From an uncultured virus (IMG/VR IMGVR_UViG_3300021425_000021) (taxonomy: Duplodnaviria; Heunggongvirae; Uroviricota; Caudoviricetes), in IMG/VR virus record IMGVR_UViG_3300021425_000021: a DNA stretch of 64,000 nt, one strand, 5' to 3'. Positions 33,953 through 43,672 of the stretch are shown here, one piece after another. The translations under genes were made by a program, and so were the position numbers. Within the stretch, counting starts at the first letter, position 1. Each line of letters starts with the position of its first letter. The notes beneath the pieces were generated by a model, which did not search any database, was not told the origin of the DNA, and worked only from the letters and a program-made list of their open reading frames with translations.

Positions 33953-36469
33953 TTAGGCAAAAAAGCTTTCAAGGCTAGAGGTTTTTTCAGTACTCCATCC
34001 TAAAGCATCAGTGATTGGATTGAGTACATCAACAAATGTTTTTTCAAACTGAGTTTCATAGTCGATATACTCTTCAAGATTAAGTTCGCGTGGTAAAATG
34101 CCCGGAAAACCAATTACATTATTGTGAGTTGGATTAGGCATACGCAAATAAAGATATTTCATTTTGTCACCGCCACGTATAATCTCATATTGGTTTTGAA
34201 GATTTGACTTTTTAATCATGCTATTATATACTATCGCAGCTCTAGAGTTTTGAGGTGTACCTTTCTTACATGACCCATCACGATTTACGTATTTAGTAAT
34301 TTCAGATACACCACGAGGAGCAGCTAGTGATTCTGGCGGAAGTGAATAATATTCTTTACGCTTGTCAGAAATAAAAGATTGTAGCTTTTCTTCGCCATGA
34401 TTGATGATAATTTTAAACGACTCTTTGAGCCAGTCACGACAAACCGCTGGAGTAGAAGATTTAATAGCTTCAATGCCCATAATTTTTAGCTTAGGTTCAG
34501 CGTATTGAACACCTTCAGAGTTATGGACATTTAGTACGTAACGCTTTTTAGCTGTCCAGAAACCTTTATCTGCGATGACTTCTCGTTCCATAACCAGTCT
34601 CGGCACATAGCAGTTTAGCTTGTTAAATAGCTTTTGATAGTCTTTTTCGATGGCTGGAAGTATAACTTTTTCTGAAACTTTATCAAGATAGTCAACAGGA
34701 TCTTTGATTTTTGGTGTAATAAAGTCAGACAGATTTACATAATTAGAATCAGTATCAATCGCGATAACTCGATCCTTATCATCGTTAAAGCCCTTTTGAA
34801 GAATATTATTGATCGACTTTTCAGATGAACGAATGGCAAGTTGACCAGAAAGTGTAATGCCTTCAGCGATACGTAGATCAAAGTAACGGAAGTACGCATT
34901 ACTCATAGCACCATAAAGAGAGTTGAGAAGAATCTTTACAGTCATTTGGGCATTATTCAAGCGAGCGATTTTTTTATCAAACTTGTATTTATCAGTGTCA
35001 GTGCTATTTTCTTTTTCTTGCTGGGCCAAAAGCATTTGCTTTTTAATTGCCTTACGTTCAGCATAGTAGTCGACAATAATTTCAGGAATAATACCCTGTT
35101 TATCTTTACTGAACTGTGCACCATTAGCAGCAACAGAATATTCGCTATTAACGCTAAAGTCATCACTTAGACAAATATCTGGACTCAAGGCACCATACAT
35201 GCCATCTACGATTGTTTCAGGAGACATATTCCACTGAACAATAATATTAGGATATAGCGAATTCAAGTCATATGAAGCGACCCATTCGTGCATACCAACA
35301 TGAGGTGCTTTAACGTAACCACCCGCAAATGGTGTTTTAGAGTTTTCTTTCGCAGGAGGAATCGCAACATTACGCTGAGATAGCTTACGATAAATAATTG
35401 TATCCCATATTCGAGTAGTACCAAAGCAGTCCGAATAATTTACACCAGCTTTATACGCCGTTGTCATAATCAAATCGAGTAGGCCCATTTTATCTTCTAG
35501 CTTTTCAATGAGCCACGTATCTTTAATGTTATACGCTAGATAGCGACCAGGGTCAGAGTCGCGTAAACCGTGTAAACCCATTTGTTCGTCATAAGTAAGT
35601 TTGTTATCACCTAAAACGACCGAAGCGATATGGTCAAGTTTGTATGATTCTTGCGAACCATAAGAGTAGCCAAACTTAATAAAGGCTTTCATGTAATCGA
35701 GCTGAGCGATACCTTCAATAGTATAAAACTGTGATTCACGACCACGAACAAAGATACGTTTTTCATTGACTCTACGCCATGGTGACCAATCACCGACTTT
35801 GTTTTCGCCAAGGAGACGGCGTGTACGATTAATAAAGTATGGAACATCAAAACCTTCAATATTCCAGCCAGTAATAATATCTGGCATATTCTGTTCTTCG
35901 TTCCACCACTTAAGAATTGCGCGTAACATATCTTGTTCGGATTCGTACTTTTTAAGACGAATCTGATCGCGGGTAATACCTTTTTCGAGAAGAGGTTCCA
36001 TTTGAATACCACCTTCAACCGTGGTAAAAACAATGAAAGATTTTGAAAGAGAGGACTTAAATGTCACGGCGTCAATTGGATACGCTGCTTCTTCAGGTGT
36101 AGGAAAACCTTCAGTCGAATATACCTCAATATCAAAATAGAGAATATTCACGAGATCAGGATTATGTTTTACGCGATCACCTGGAAACTTTTCATTGATG
36201 AATTGCGCAACGAAATCAGTAGTACCATAAATTTTATGGCCATCGATATCTTCATAGCGCTTAGAGTATTCTTTAGCTTCATACATAGAGTCAAAGTCTA
36301 CGCGTCCAACCTTAGCACCATCGAGCGCAAACGTATCACCCTTCGTACTTTGTACGTATAAGTGAGGTTTAAATGGTATTTTTGATTGAACGCGTACACC
36401 GTTTTGGAAGCCGCGATAAAGTATATTTTTGCCGAGCCGAGAGACTGACGTATAAAAAGTATTTGTCAT
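33953..36469 (-). CDS. 43: Family B DNA polymerase gp43
   Basis: FDIE exonuclease, DLNSLYP, KILLNSLYG, IDTDS, KKRY. Confidence 0.99.
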   Translation of the reverse strand: MTNTFYTSVSRLGKNILYRGFQNGVRVQSKIPFKPHLYVQSTKGDTFALDGAKVGRVDFDSMYEAKEYSKRYEDIDGHKIYGTTDFVAQFINEKFPGDRVKHNPDLVNILYFDIEVYSTEGFPTPEEAAYPIDAVTFKSSLSKSFIVFTTVEGGIQMEPLLEKGITRDQIRLKKYESEQDMLRAILKWWNEEQNMPDIITGWNIEGFDVPYFINRTRRLLGENKVGDWSPWRRVNEKRIFVRGRESQFYTIEGIAQLDYMKAFIKFGYSYGSQESYKLDHIASVVLGDNKLTYDEQMGLHGLRDSDPGRYLAYNIKDTWLIEKLEDKMGLLDLIMTTAYKAGVNYSDCFGTTRIWDTIIYRKLSQRNVAIPPAKENSKTPFAGGYVKAPHVGMHEWVASYDLNSLYPNIIVQWNMSPETIVDGMYGALSPDICLSDDFSVNSEYSVAANGAQFSKDKQGIIPEIIVDYYAERKAIKKQMLLAQQEKENSTDTDKYKFDKKIARLNNAQMTVKILLNSLYGAMSNAYFRYFDLRIAEGITLSGQLAIRSSEKSINNILQKGFNDDKDRVIAIDTDSNYVNLSDFITPKIKDPVDYLDKVSEKVILPAIEKDYQKLFNKLNCYVPRLVMEREVIADKGFWTAKKRYVLNVHNSEGVQYAEPKLKIMGIEAIKSSTPAVCRDWLKESFKIIINHGEEKLQSFISDKRKEYYSLPPESLAAPRGVSEITKYVNRDGSCKKGTPQNSRAAIVYNSMIKKSNLQNQYEIIRGGDKMKYLYLRMPNPTHNNVIGFPGILPRELNLEEYIDYETQFEKTFVDVLNPITDALGWSTEKTSSLESFFA

Positions 36470-36475
36470 AGGTTA

Positions 36476-36504
36476 ATTATATCACAAAAAATAAAAAAAG
36501 TAAA
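36476..36504 (-). promoter_or_regulatory. Leaderless early promoter of gp43
   Basis: TTTACT-17-(TG)TATAAT-6nt-ATG. Confidence 0.75.
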
Positions 36505-36512
36505 CTAATTTT

Positions 36513-36917
36513 TTAGCTATTACCGATTCTATATTTTGGTATAAGTTCCCAATCGCTTTTCGATTTATATGAAATTATCTTAATCGTACGGAGAGGAGCC
36601 CGTTCTTCTGAAGATGGATAACCATCAACTAAAGTGCATAGGCCCCAATCCGACAATAGTGTCGCAATAGTATTTCGCCTATAAAGATCTTCTTTGGAAA
36701 AATTGGCGGTTTTTCCATCGAGAAGAAACAATTCTTTAAAATGGCAAATAAAATAACGACCCTGTTTATGTAGAATATGGCACGACTGATATAGCTTTCG
36801 CGTGTTTTTTGAAGATATGCCAATTCGAGTCAGAGTCTCTTTCACTTTTAGAAAGTCATCAGGCTCATTCAAAGTTATTTCAAGCATGTGTACGGGAGAC
36901 CATTCAACAAAGCTCAT
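36513..36917 (-). CDS. regA: Translational repressor RegA
   Basis: DDFLKVKETLTRIG, LYQSCHILHKQGRY, HFKELF. Confidence 0.97.
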   Translation of the reverse strand: MSFVEWSPVHMLEITLNEPDDFLKVKETLTRIGISSKNTRKLYQSCHILHKQGRYFICHFKELFLLDGKTANFSKEDLYRRNTIATLLSDWGLCTLVDGYPSSEERAPLRTIKIISYKSKSDWELIPKYRIGNS

Positions 36918-37312
36918 TTGTTTTTTTCTTTCATATCACTAACGCCGCCTACATCCAAACGGTCTCTGATTATATTTATATCTTCATTGCTTAGCAGGTA
37001 ACTATATTCTTTCGCCTTTTGCTGAGATACGTTAAAATAATCACTTATAAGATTAATATCATTTAATTTCTCAGATTTAAACCATTTAGAAAATCGTTTT
37101 TTAGGAGGAACGGCATTACGAAGAAAGTCATATTGCATTTTAGACGATAGGTGATATCGCTGATTCATCATATTAGCCAGCAATACGGTGTCGGGAAAAT
37201 ATGATAGGCCACGATTTACCATATAAGACGTATACGCCTTTTGGTCTTGATCAGTTACCATAATATCTTTTTTAGTGGTATTAATGCTATTGAGATAATC
37301 AAAAAAGTTCAT
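36914..37312 (-). CDS. 62: Clamp loader small subunit
   Basis: FDYLNSIN, VNRGLSY, KRFSKW, plus gene position. Confidence 0.93.
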   Translation of the reverse strand: MNFFDYLNSINTTKKDIMVTDQDQKAYTSYMVNRGLSYFPDTVLLANMMNQRYHLSSKMQYDFLRNAVPPKKRFSKWFKSEKLNDINLISDYFNVSQQKAKEYSYLLSNEDINIIRDRLDVGGVSDMKEKNK

Positions 37313-38256
37313 TATTTAAATTTTACCTGTGCCATAATTTCAGTCATGCATGCGACTAGATTTAATTCTTGATCACTTACGAATGCACCTTTGTAGTCAT
37401 AGTCAGCCAAAAGTAAAACTAACTGAGGCGTAGATGTAGGTTCGACAAAGGTATTCATGTTATCATATAGTCTACGATAGATTACACTAGGATCAATATC
37501 TAAATTGTTAGCTACCCATTTGCGCATAGTCTTAAAGTTTTTGGAATGTAAAGCCTCAATAAGAACATTGAAGTTTTCTACATTCATATTTATGAAAATA
37601 CCATCATCGATTTTACCAGCAACAGCGTACCTTTGGCATTCATTAATAGTACGCCGCCAGTCAGGCGCGTGCCTTTGAATAAGCTCGGCAATAGTTTTAG
37701 GTTCATACTCAACAGATTTATCATCAAGCATTCCGGTCAAGCGTTTAAAGAACTGTGAGCACAGCTTCGGCATATCATTTTTATCAAACACAAAATCATA
37801 AACTGAACAACGAGAATGAAGTGGGTCAATAATCTTGTTTTTGAAGTTACATGTTAGAATAAACCGACAGTTCCCCGAGAACTCTTCAATAAAACCACGA
37901 AGTGCTGGCTGTGTAGACTGAGGATTTAAGTAGTCGGCCTCATCGAGAATAACAACTTTAAGACCACCTGATAAAGAAACAGTCGAAGCAAACTGACGGA
38001 TCTTAGTGCGCAACGTATCAATATTACGCTCATCGGAACCATTGATTAAAATAAAATCTGCGTTTAGTTCATTACAAATAGCTTTAGCCACAGTGGTTTT
38101 ACCAAGACCCGCTGAGCCAGAAAAGATCATATTGGGAATTGTACCCTTAGATACAATTTGTTGAAAAACATCCTTAAGACGTTTAGGTAAAATAGTATCG
38201 GCGACTTTTGATGGCCGATACTCTTCGCACCAAAGTGCGGACATATCTCTTTCCAT
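37312..38256 (-). CDS. 44: Clamp loader large subunit
   Basis: EYRP, GLGKTT, LDEAD, SRC. Confidence 0.97.
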   Translation of the reverse strand: MERDMSALWCEEYRPSKVADTILPKRLKDVFQQIVSKGTIPNMIFSGSAGLGKTTVAKAICNELNADFILINGSDERNIDTLRTKIRQFASTVSLSGGLKVVILDEADYLNPQSTQPALRGFIEEFSGNCRFILTCNFKNKIIDPLHSRCSVYDFVFDKNDMPKLCSQFFKRLTGMLDDKSVEYEPKTIAELIQRHAPDWRRTINECQRYAVAGKIDDGIFINMNVENFNVLIEALHSKNFKTMRKWVANNLDIDPSVIYRRLYDNMNTFVEPTSTPQLVLLLADYDYKGAFVSDQELNLVACMTEIMAQVKFK

Positions 38257-38262
38257 CTACTC

Positions 38263-38937
38263 TTATTTCTCTACCGCAATCCAATAACGAATTGGCATTG
38301 TAGTATTTTCAAATAAGGTAATTCCCTTTGAGGAATATGTTAGGCTATAGTCGCCTTTCATAAACTTCATGTTATCGATGTCAATAACAAAAGAATCATT
38401 CCACTCACTAGCATCAGTTTCAATTGAAAGCGAAAACGAAGGAGCAGTTGGGTTTGATGGATCGCATACTCTTGCGACTATTGAAGAATTGACCATAGAA
38501 AATTGAACTTTCTTATGGCCAAAGAGAGAAGATGCTCGTTTAAGTTGCGCAATTTGATCGTTTGAAATAGTAAACTTCACGTCATTTGATGGCATGTTAA
38601 TTGACACGACTGATACGTTTAGCGCATCACGTCTAGAAAAGAAGTATTCCACTGAACCTTGCTGACCAGTTATAACCGCAGACTTTTCTGAAAAGTTAAG
38701 TGCTGTGTTATTACCAGCAAGGCCAATTGCCGTGATAAATTCGTTTAGATCATATATGCCATATGAACTAAAGCTTTCTGGAAAAATATCACTATCGCCG
38801 CTATATTGAGCTACGATTGCTTTTGTAGGAGAAATAGTACCAAGTGGTTTATCCGAATCAAAAACAAAGTTAGGGTTGATAGCGGCGAAGTTTTGTAGAA
38901 CTTCTACAAGTTGAGAAGTTAGTGATAGTTGAGTCAT
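38263..38937 (-). CDS. 45: Sliding clamp
   Basis: LQNFAAIN, IYDLNEF, YWIAVE. Confidence 0.93.
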   Translation of the reverse strand: MTQLSLTSQLVEVLQNFAAINPNFVFDSDKPLGTISPTKAIVAQYSGDSDIFPESFSSYGIYDLNEFITAIGLAGNNTALNFSEKSAVITGQQGSVEYFFSRRDALNVSVVSINMPSNDVKFTISNDQIAQLKRASSLFGHKKVQFSMVNSSIVARVCDPSNPTAPSFSLSIETDASEWNDSFVIDIDNMKFMKGDYSLTYSSKGITLFENTTMPIRYWIAVEK

Positions 38938-38970
38938 TGTAGCTCCATAATTAAAAAATCAACATAATAT

Positions 38971-38999
38971 ATTATATACTAAAAAGTGTAGTAAGTAAA
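38971..38999 (-). promoter_or_regulatory. Early promoter of gp45
   Basis: GTTTACT-17-TATAAT. Confidence 0.8.
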
Positions 39000-39236
39000 C
39001 TATAAATTATTTTTAGCTACTGGTGCGATAGCAGTTGAGGCATTTACGCGACCCCAAATAGCAACTCCACCCGTAACAAGAGTAATTGCCGAAAATACCA
39101 TATCGGAAAGAAGTGGTGTAGCAATAGGCAATTCTAGGCCAGCCATTGAAAGGGCTGAAACGCCAACTGAAACAAGTCCAGCGACGATAGTACGAGATTT
39201 CCACCATTCTTTTACTGGTGCTTGTGTGTTTGTCAT
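39000..39236 (-). CDS. Two-TM holin-like protein
   Basis: KEWWKSRTI...AIWGR pattern, two hydrophobic helices. Confidence 0.55.
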   Translation of the reverse strand: MTNTQAPVKEWWKSRTIVAGLVSVGVSALSMAGLELPIATPLLSDMVFSAITLVTGGVAIWGRVNASTAIAPVAKNNL

Positions 39237-39247
39237 TTGTTATTCCT

Positions 39248-40969
39248 TTAATCTTCAGCACATACTGAAAAGTTATTTATCTTTTTGAAATTGAGTTTTC
39301 TAGGAAATTTAGAATCTAACACATCTTTTTTATGAGATATGACAAATACATTTGTGTTTTCTTCGAGTGTGTCTAATATTTTAAGAAGGTTATCCACGCC
39401 ATCAGTATCAAGACTAGAGTCAAACGTTTCATCGAGTAAGAGTAAATTTGTTCTCATAGAGTTTTTCATTGAAGCTAATTGGCGCCACGTAAAAAGAAGT
39501 GCTAAATCGATACGTGCTTTTTCACCCTCAGAAAATGATGAGTAAGAGAAAACATCACGGTGTCTTGACTTAATAATCTCTTTAAAGTTTTCGTCAAGTG
39601 TAAACTGAACAAAGAAATCTAGCACTTGAAGATATTGATTAATAAGTTTATTAATTATGGGTCTATACTTACGAATAATTTTTGTTTTAATGCCAGTGTC
39701 CTTGAGCATTTCAAACTTAAGACTATTATAATTCATTTGTTCATTGATGTCACGAATATTGACCTCAATCTGGTTTTTTTCTATTTCAAAGGCACGTAAG
39801 TCATGATTAGCAGATTCAATATCTCCACCTTTTTCTTGAAGATTCGCAATATCCTGATTCAATTGATTAATACGTCGAGTAACCATGCGCATTTCTTCTT
39901 GATAACTACGCAGCTTATCTTCTTCGACAGCAATCTTCGATAAAACTTCTTTAAGCTTATCCATATTAGATGCAATATTATTAATTGCCGAGTTTACCTC
40001 ATCTTTTTGAGAATTAAGCTCTTCTATAGACGTATAATGACGTTCGATTTCAGCGTTAGAAAGTTCACGATCAACGCTTTGAGTACAGACTGGACACGTA
40101 TCGTTATGCTCAAAAAAGTTAATTGTCTTCTTTGACATTTTAATTTCGTTATCAAGAGAAGATAGCTTTTTACGATCGGCATCCATACGATTCTGCAATG
40201 AATCCATACGACGGCGATATTCATTATTATTAGCTTCTACACGCTTGTTTAATTTTTTAGCCGCAGAGTCAAAAGAGTCATGATCTTTAAAAAGTTGATC
40301 AATCTCTAAACGCTTTTCGTCGATTAATCCTTGATTTAGTTGTTGAATATCATGAATATATTTTTGCTGAACACGTATTTTTTCAGATATAATTTTCAGA
40401 TTAGTAGTGTTATCTCGATGTTGTTCTTTTATTGCGCTATGATGCTCCCGCAATATTTGATTCATTTTTGTAAAGATGTTAATATCTAAGAGATTTTCAA
40501 TAATATCGCGACGCTGGCCCGTGGGTAACTGCATAAATGGAATAAACGATGACGATCCTAAAACTACCACTTGATTAAAAGACTTGTAGTTCAAGCGTAA
40601 AATAGTTTGTTCTAAATACGATTGATAATCGCGTGAAGAAGCAGATTGATTGATTAATTCTTTGTTATGATAAATCTCAAAGATCCCAGGTCTTTGACCG
40701 CGTATAACTTTATACTTGTTTCTTCCTATATCAAACTCTACTTCAACCTGCATATTTTTTTCATTGATACTATTGACAAGTTGAGGTTTATTAATATTAC
40801 GATGAGGCTTATTAAATAGAACATAGTTTAAGGCGTCAAGCAATGTGGATTTGCCTGCGCCATTTTCGCCTACAATTAAAGTTTTTGTGGACTTACATAA
40901 GTCTATTTCGGTGAAATTATCGCCGGTAGATAAAAAGTTTTTCCACTTAAGTGTGCGGAATATAATCAT
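39248..40969 (-). CDS. 46: Recombination endonuclease subunit (Rad50/SbcC-like)
   Basis: GENGAGKST, CPVC hook, FSEGE, LLDE. Confidence 0.97.
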   Translation of the reverse strand: MIIFRTLKWKNFLSTGDNFTEIDLCKSTKTLIVGENGAGKSTLLDALNYVLFNKPHRNINKPQLVNSINEKNMQVEVEFDIGRNKYKVIRGQRPGIFEIYHNKELINQSASSRDYQSYLEQTILRLNYKSFNQVVVLGSSSFIPFMQLPTGQRRDIIENLLDINIFTKMNQILREHHSAIKEQHRDNTTNLKIISEKIRVQQKYIHDIQQLNQGLIDEKRLEIDQLFKDHDSFDSAAKKLNKRVEANNNEYRRRMDSLQNRMDADRKKLSSLDNEIKMSKKTINFFEHNDTCPVCTQSVDRELSNAEIERHYTSIEELNSQKDEVNSAINNIASNMDKLKEVLSKIAVEEDKLRSYQEEMRMVTRRINQLNQDIANLQEKGGDIESANHDLRAFEIEKNQIEVNIRDINEQMNYNSLKFEMLKDTGIKTKIIRKYRPIINKLINQYLQVLDFFVQFTLDENFKEIIKSRHRDVFSYSSFSEGEKARIDLALLFTWRQLASMKNSMRTNLLLLDETFDSSLDTDGVDNLLKILDTLEENTNVFVISHKKDVLDSKFPRKLNFKKINNFSVCAED

Positions 40970-41283
40970 ATTTCTTTTTCACTCATAAGAATATCTTCAA
41001 GAACAAACATAAGGTCACAGATGGCATGAGATAATACATGACATCCAGACTCTTCATCAATTTCAATTCCTGTTTGAAACTCATTAATATGGCGTAGAGC
41101 CGCGTCTAAGTAACGCGATTGCAAATTATCTAGTTTACGCCAATTATTCGGTGCGTATTTCTGTGCACCGAATGTTAAAACATTTGAAGTTTCACGTAAA
41201 GCGCGCGGCGGAACTAAGCTCATCATAGATTTTCCGCTATCATATTTAACGCCATTACAATCTTTCTGCATACAGTGCCTCAT
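40966..41283 (-). CDS. dATP/dGTP diphosphohydrolase-like domain protein (DUF5664)
   Basis: GVKYDSGK...VLTFGAQKY..NNW...AALRH...D.ESG..HAIC. Confidence 0.8.
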   Translation of the reverse strand: MRHCMQKDCNGVKYDSGKSMMSLVPPRALRETSNVLTFGAQKYAPNNWRKLDNLQSRYLDAALRHINEFQTGIEIDEESGCHVLSHAICDLMFVLEDILMSEKEI

Positions 41284-42328
41284 TATATAATTCTTTAAGT
41301 TGTGATTTCAAAATGCTTTTATCAAGTAGAGTATCAGTTGAATCGATATATTGTGAAATTAACTCGCTAGTTTCTTCAAATTTGGTATTCTCTTCTTCAG
41401 AATCATCTAGTGCCGACGAATCATTAAATGATTCTACAATTTTAAGATCGTAAATTTTCTTTAATTGGATATTGCTTATAAAATCCTCAAATTGAGATAA
41501 GTTAGTCTTATTGGCAACAACAACCTTTACAAATTGATTATCGAAAATATTATAGTCAAATCTATTATAATCAAATTCTTCATCGTCGTACACTACTTTT
41601 GTGAATAAAGTTAGTGGATTATGAACTTGCTTAATTTCTGCGGTTTCGAGATCAAGTATATGGAAATACTTTGGATCATCGCAGTCTGCCCACGTAAACT
41701 CCATCTGAGCACCTAGGTATGAAATATTTCCATCCGAAGATTTAGTATGATAATGACCGGAGTAAACGGCATCGAACTTTTTAAAAGGTTTCATATCCAT
41801 ACCATCATGCGATATAGCACCACGATACATTTGAAATCCTTCAAACTCGAAATGACCTAAACAAATTGTAGCATCAGTCTTATCTAAACACTTTAAAGTG
41901 TAGTGCTCATTCTCTGAATTAATCCATGGAATCATAATAATCTTTTGATCATTATTATCGTATTTAAGTTCAGTGGGCTTCATTAATATGTTAACTACAT
42001 CATCGTATCCAATCATCAATTCATTTAATGAACATAGATCATTGGTATTACGATACGTAACGTCATGGTTTCCTGGTATAATATCCATAATAATATTATA
42101 TTCACGAAGCTTATCTAGAAAATGACGACGATTTGCGTTTAGCACCTTAAAATTAACAAATTTACGATGCTCATAGTAGTCGCCGAGATGAAGAATACGA
42201 CTAATATTATTTTCTCTCAGATAAGGAAAAAATATATTAGTGTAAAACTGCTCTTGATAATCGATAAAAATACTACTAGAGTTACGAGCACCAGCATGAG
42301 TGTCGTTGAGAATAGCCACTTTAGTCAT
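41255..42328 (-). CDS. 47: Recombination endonuclease subunit (Mre11/SbcD-like)
   Basis: DTH, GD, GNHD, GHF, SGHYH. Confidence 0.97.
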   Translation of the reverse strand: MTKVAILNDTHAGARNSSSIFIDYQEQFYTNIFFPYLRENNISRILHLGDYYEHRKFVNFKVLNANRRHFLDKLREYNIIMDIIPGNHDVTYRNTNDLCSLNELMIGYDDVVNILMKPTELKYDNNDQKIIMIPWINSENEHYTLKCLDKTDATICLGHFEFEGFQMYRGAISHDGMDMKPFKKFDAVYSGHYHTKSSDGNISYLGAQMEFTWADCDDPKYFHILDLETAEIKQVHNPLTLFTKVVYDDEEFDYNRFDYNIFDNQFVKVVVANKTNLSQFEDFISNIQLKKIYDLKIVESFNDSSALDDSEEENTKFEETSELISQYIDSTDTLLDKSILKSQLKELYNEALYAERL

Positions 42329-42871
42329 TTATGTAAACTTTTCTAAACCTTTTACTTTACTTTTTTTTTCTTGCTTTGGTTGTTCGTTATCTTGCCATGG
42401 TGTACGTATCTCATCTAAATGTTTTAGAACTGCTTGTGTGTCACCATAACCAGTTGTTGCATTGATTTCGATCGAAGCTTTTTCAATATAGCGAAGTTTC
42501 TTTTTTAGTTCTTTATTATGTCGTTCGACTGTTCGCAAAAAAGAAAAGTAACATATCTGTGTAAAATACGCAAATGCGTTTGGTTTACCAGATCTAGTTG
42601 ATGCTGAAATATTATAGTTACGAATTCTACGTAGGCAATCTTCTACTGCGTCCATGATTAGTTCATCTTTATAAACTCGACGAATAAATTTACGTGTATA
42701 AGTTAAACCAGTAGCAATCTTAAAAAAACATTCGCCAATGTATGGTGTAACTTGTGGAATATCTTCTCCACATTCGTCGGCTTCTTGGCATTCGATGACA
42801 TAGTCATGAACCGCTTGAGTAAATTTGACATTATCGACGTAATGTTCGGGAGGCTTTTTTTGTTTTTTCAT
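42329..42871 (-). CDS. 55: Late transcription sigma factor
   Basis: HYVDN, YIGECF, NAFAYFTQI. Start reassigned to MKKQKK. Confidence 0.93.
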   Translation of the reverse strand: MKKQKKPPEHYVDNVKFTQAVHDYVIECQEADECGEDIPQVTPYIGECFFKIATGLTYTRKFIRRVYKDELIMDAVEDCLRRIRNYNISASTRSGKPNAFAYFTQICYFSFLRTVERHNKELKKKLRYIEKASIEINATTGYGDTQAVLKHLDEIRTPWQDNEQPKQEKKSKVKGLEKFT

Positions 42872-42877
42872 ATGTCT

Positions 42878-42934
42878 ATTATATACTATTTTAAAAAGAA
42901 TGTACACTACTTTTTTTTATTACAAGTGTGTAAT
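42878..42934 (-). promoter_or_regulatory. Leaderless early promoter of gp55, with an upstream palindrome
   Basis: TGTACA-17-TATAAT-6nt-ATG. ATTACA-AGTG-TGTAAT at 42919-42934. Confidence 0.75.
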
Positions 42935-43213
42935 AATTGCTATTTCCGCAAGGAAACTGTTATAAATTACTATACATAAAATATTAAAAAAAACCAAGAC
43001 ATTTAATCTTCCTTTAAAAATCTTGATAATCCATACAGTCCAGAATATAGTATCCGGATTCCGGATAGATATACTATACTTGTTAAAGGTACAGAAACAC
43101 TAAGAAAACACAAAATAATAATAATGTATAACAATAGGTTATAGCTATCATTATTAGACTTTATAGTAAAACTGTATAATCTACTGTTATAATAATTTAT
43201 ATTGGCACGGTGC

Positions 43214-43663
43214 TTAGTGTTTTGTGGTGTCGGTTTTTGGTTTCCAATTCTTAAGATCTACAACTTTTTCTGCAGAGTCTTCTTCTTCTGAATTCGTAGA
43301 AATATTTTTTTCAATCTCTTCAAAAAGATCATCAATTGTTTGAATATCGCTATCTAATTTGCTAGCTTCATATTCTAATTCTTTTTCAACCGCAGCTAAA
43401 TATTGTCTACGTCCATAATCTGATACTTCAGAAATAGCAATAACTCCATGTGGCTGAAATAAATGAGCTTTTGTCCCATCAGCGTATGGCTGAAATTGCA
43501 TTAAAATATACGATCCTTCTTCTGGATCAATATATGTTGAGAATGGTCTTTCGCATATGTAAGATCCTAATTCCGTGACATTTCGTATGTACGTAATTAT
43601 TTTATCGCCAGATGCTAACGATAGGCATTTAATAAACTTTGGATCAAATTCATCATCAATCAT
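43214..43663 (-). CDS. Conserved hypothetical protein (Sm-like, between uvsW and gp55)
   Basis: LASGDKII beta-rich N-terminus, plus gene position. Confidence 0.65.
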   Translation of the reverse strand: MIDDEFDPKFIKCLSLASGDKIITYIRNVTELGSYICERPFSTYIDPEEGSYILMQFQPYADGTKAHLFQPHGVIAISEVSDYGRRQYLAAVEKELEYEASKLDSDIQTIDDLFEEIEKNISTNSEEEDSAEKVVDLKNWKPKTDTTKH

Positions 43664-43672
43664 TATAATATC

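Noticed and set aside
746..42907. Longer starts given in the ORF track for 746-1618, 9547-10635, 29869-30684, 33067-33447 and 42329-42907
   Set aside because: The extensions run through promoter elements or upstream genes. Downstream ATGs fit the promoter/RBS geometry and homolog lengths.
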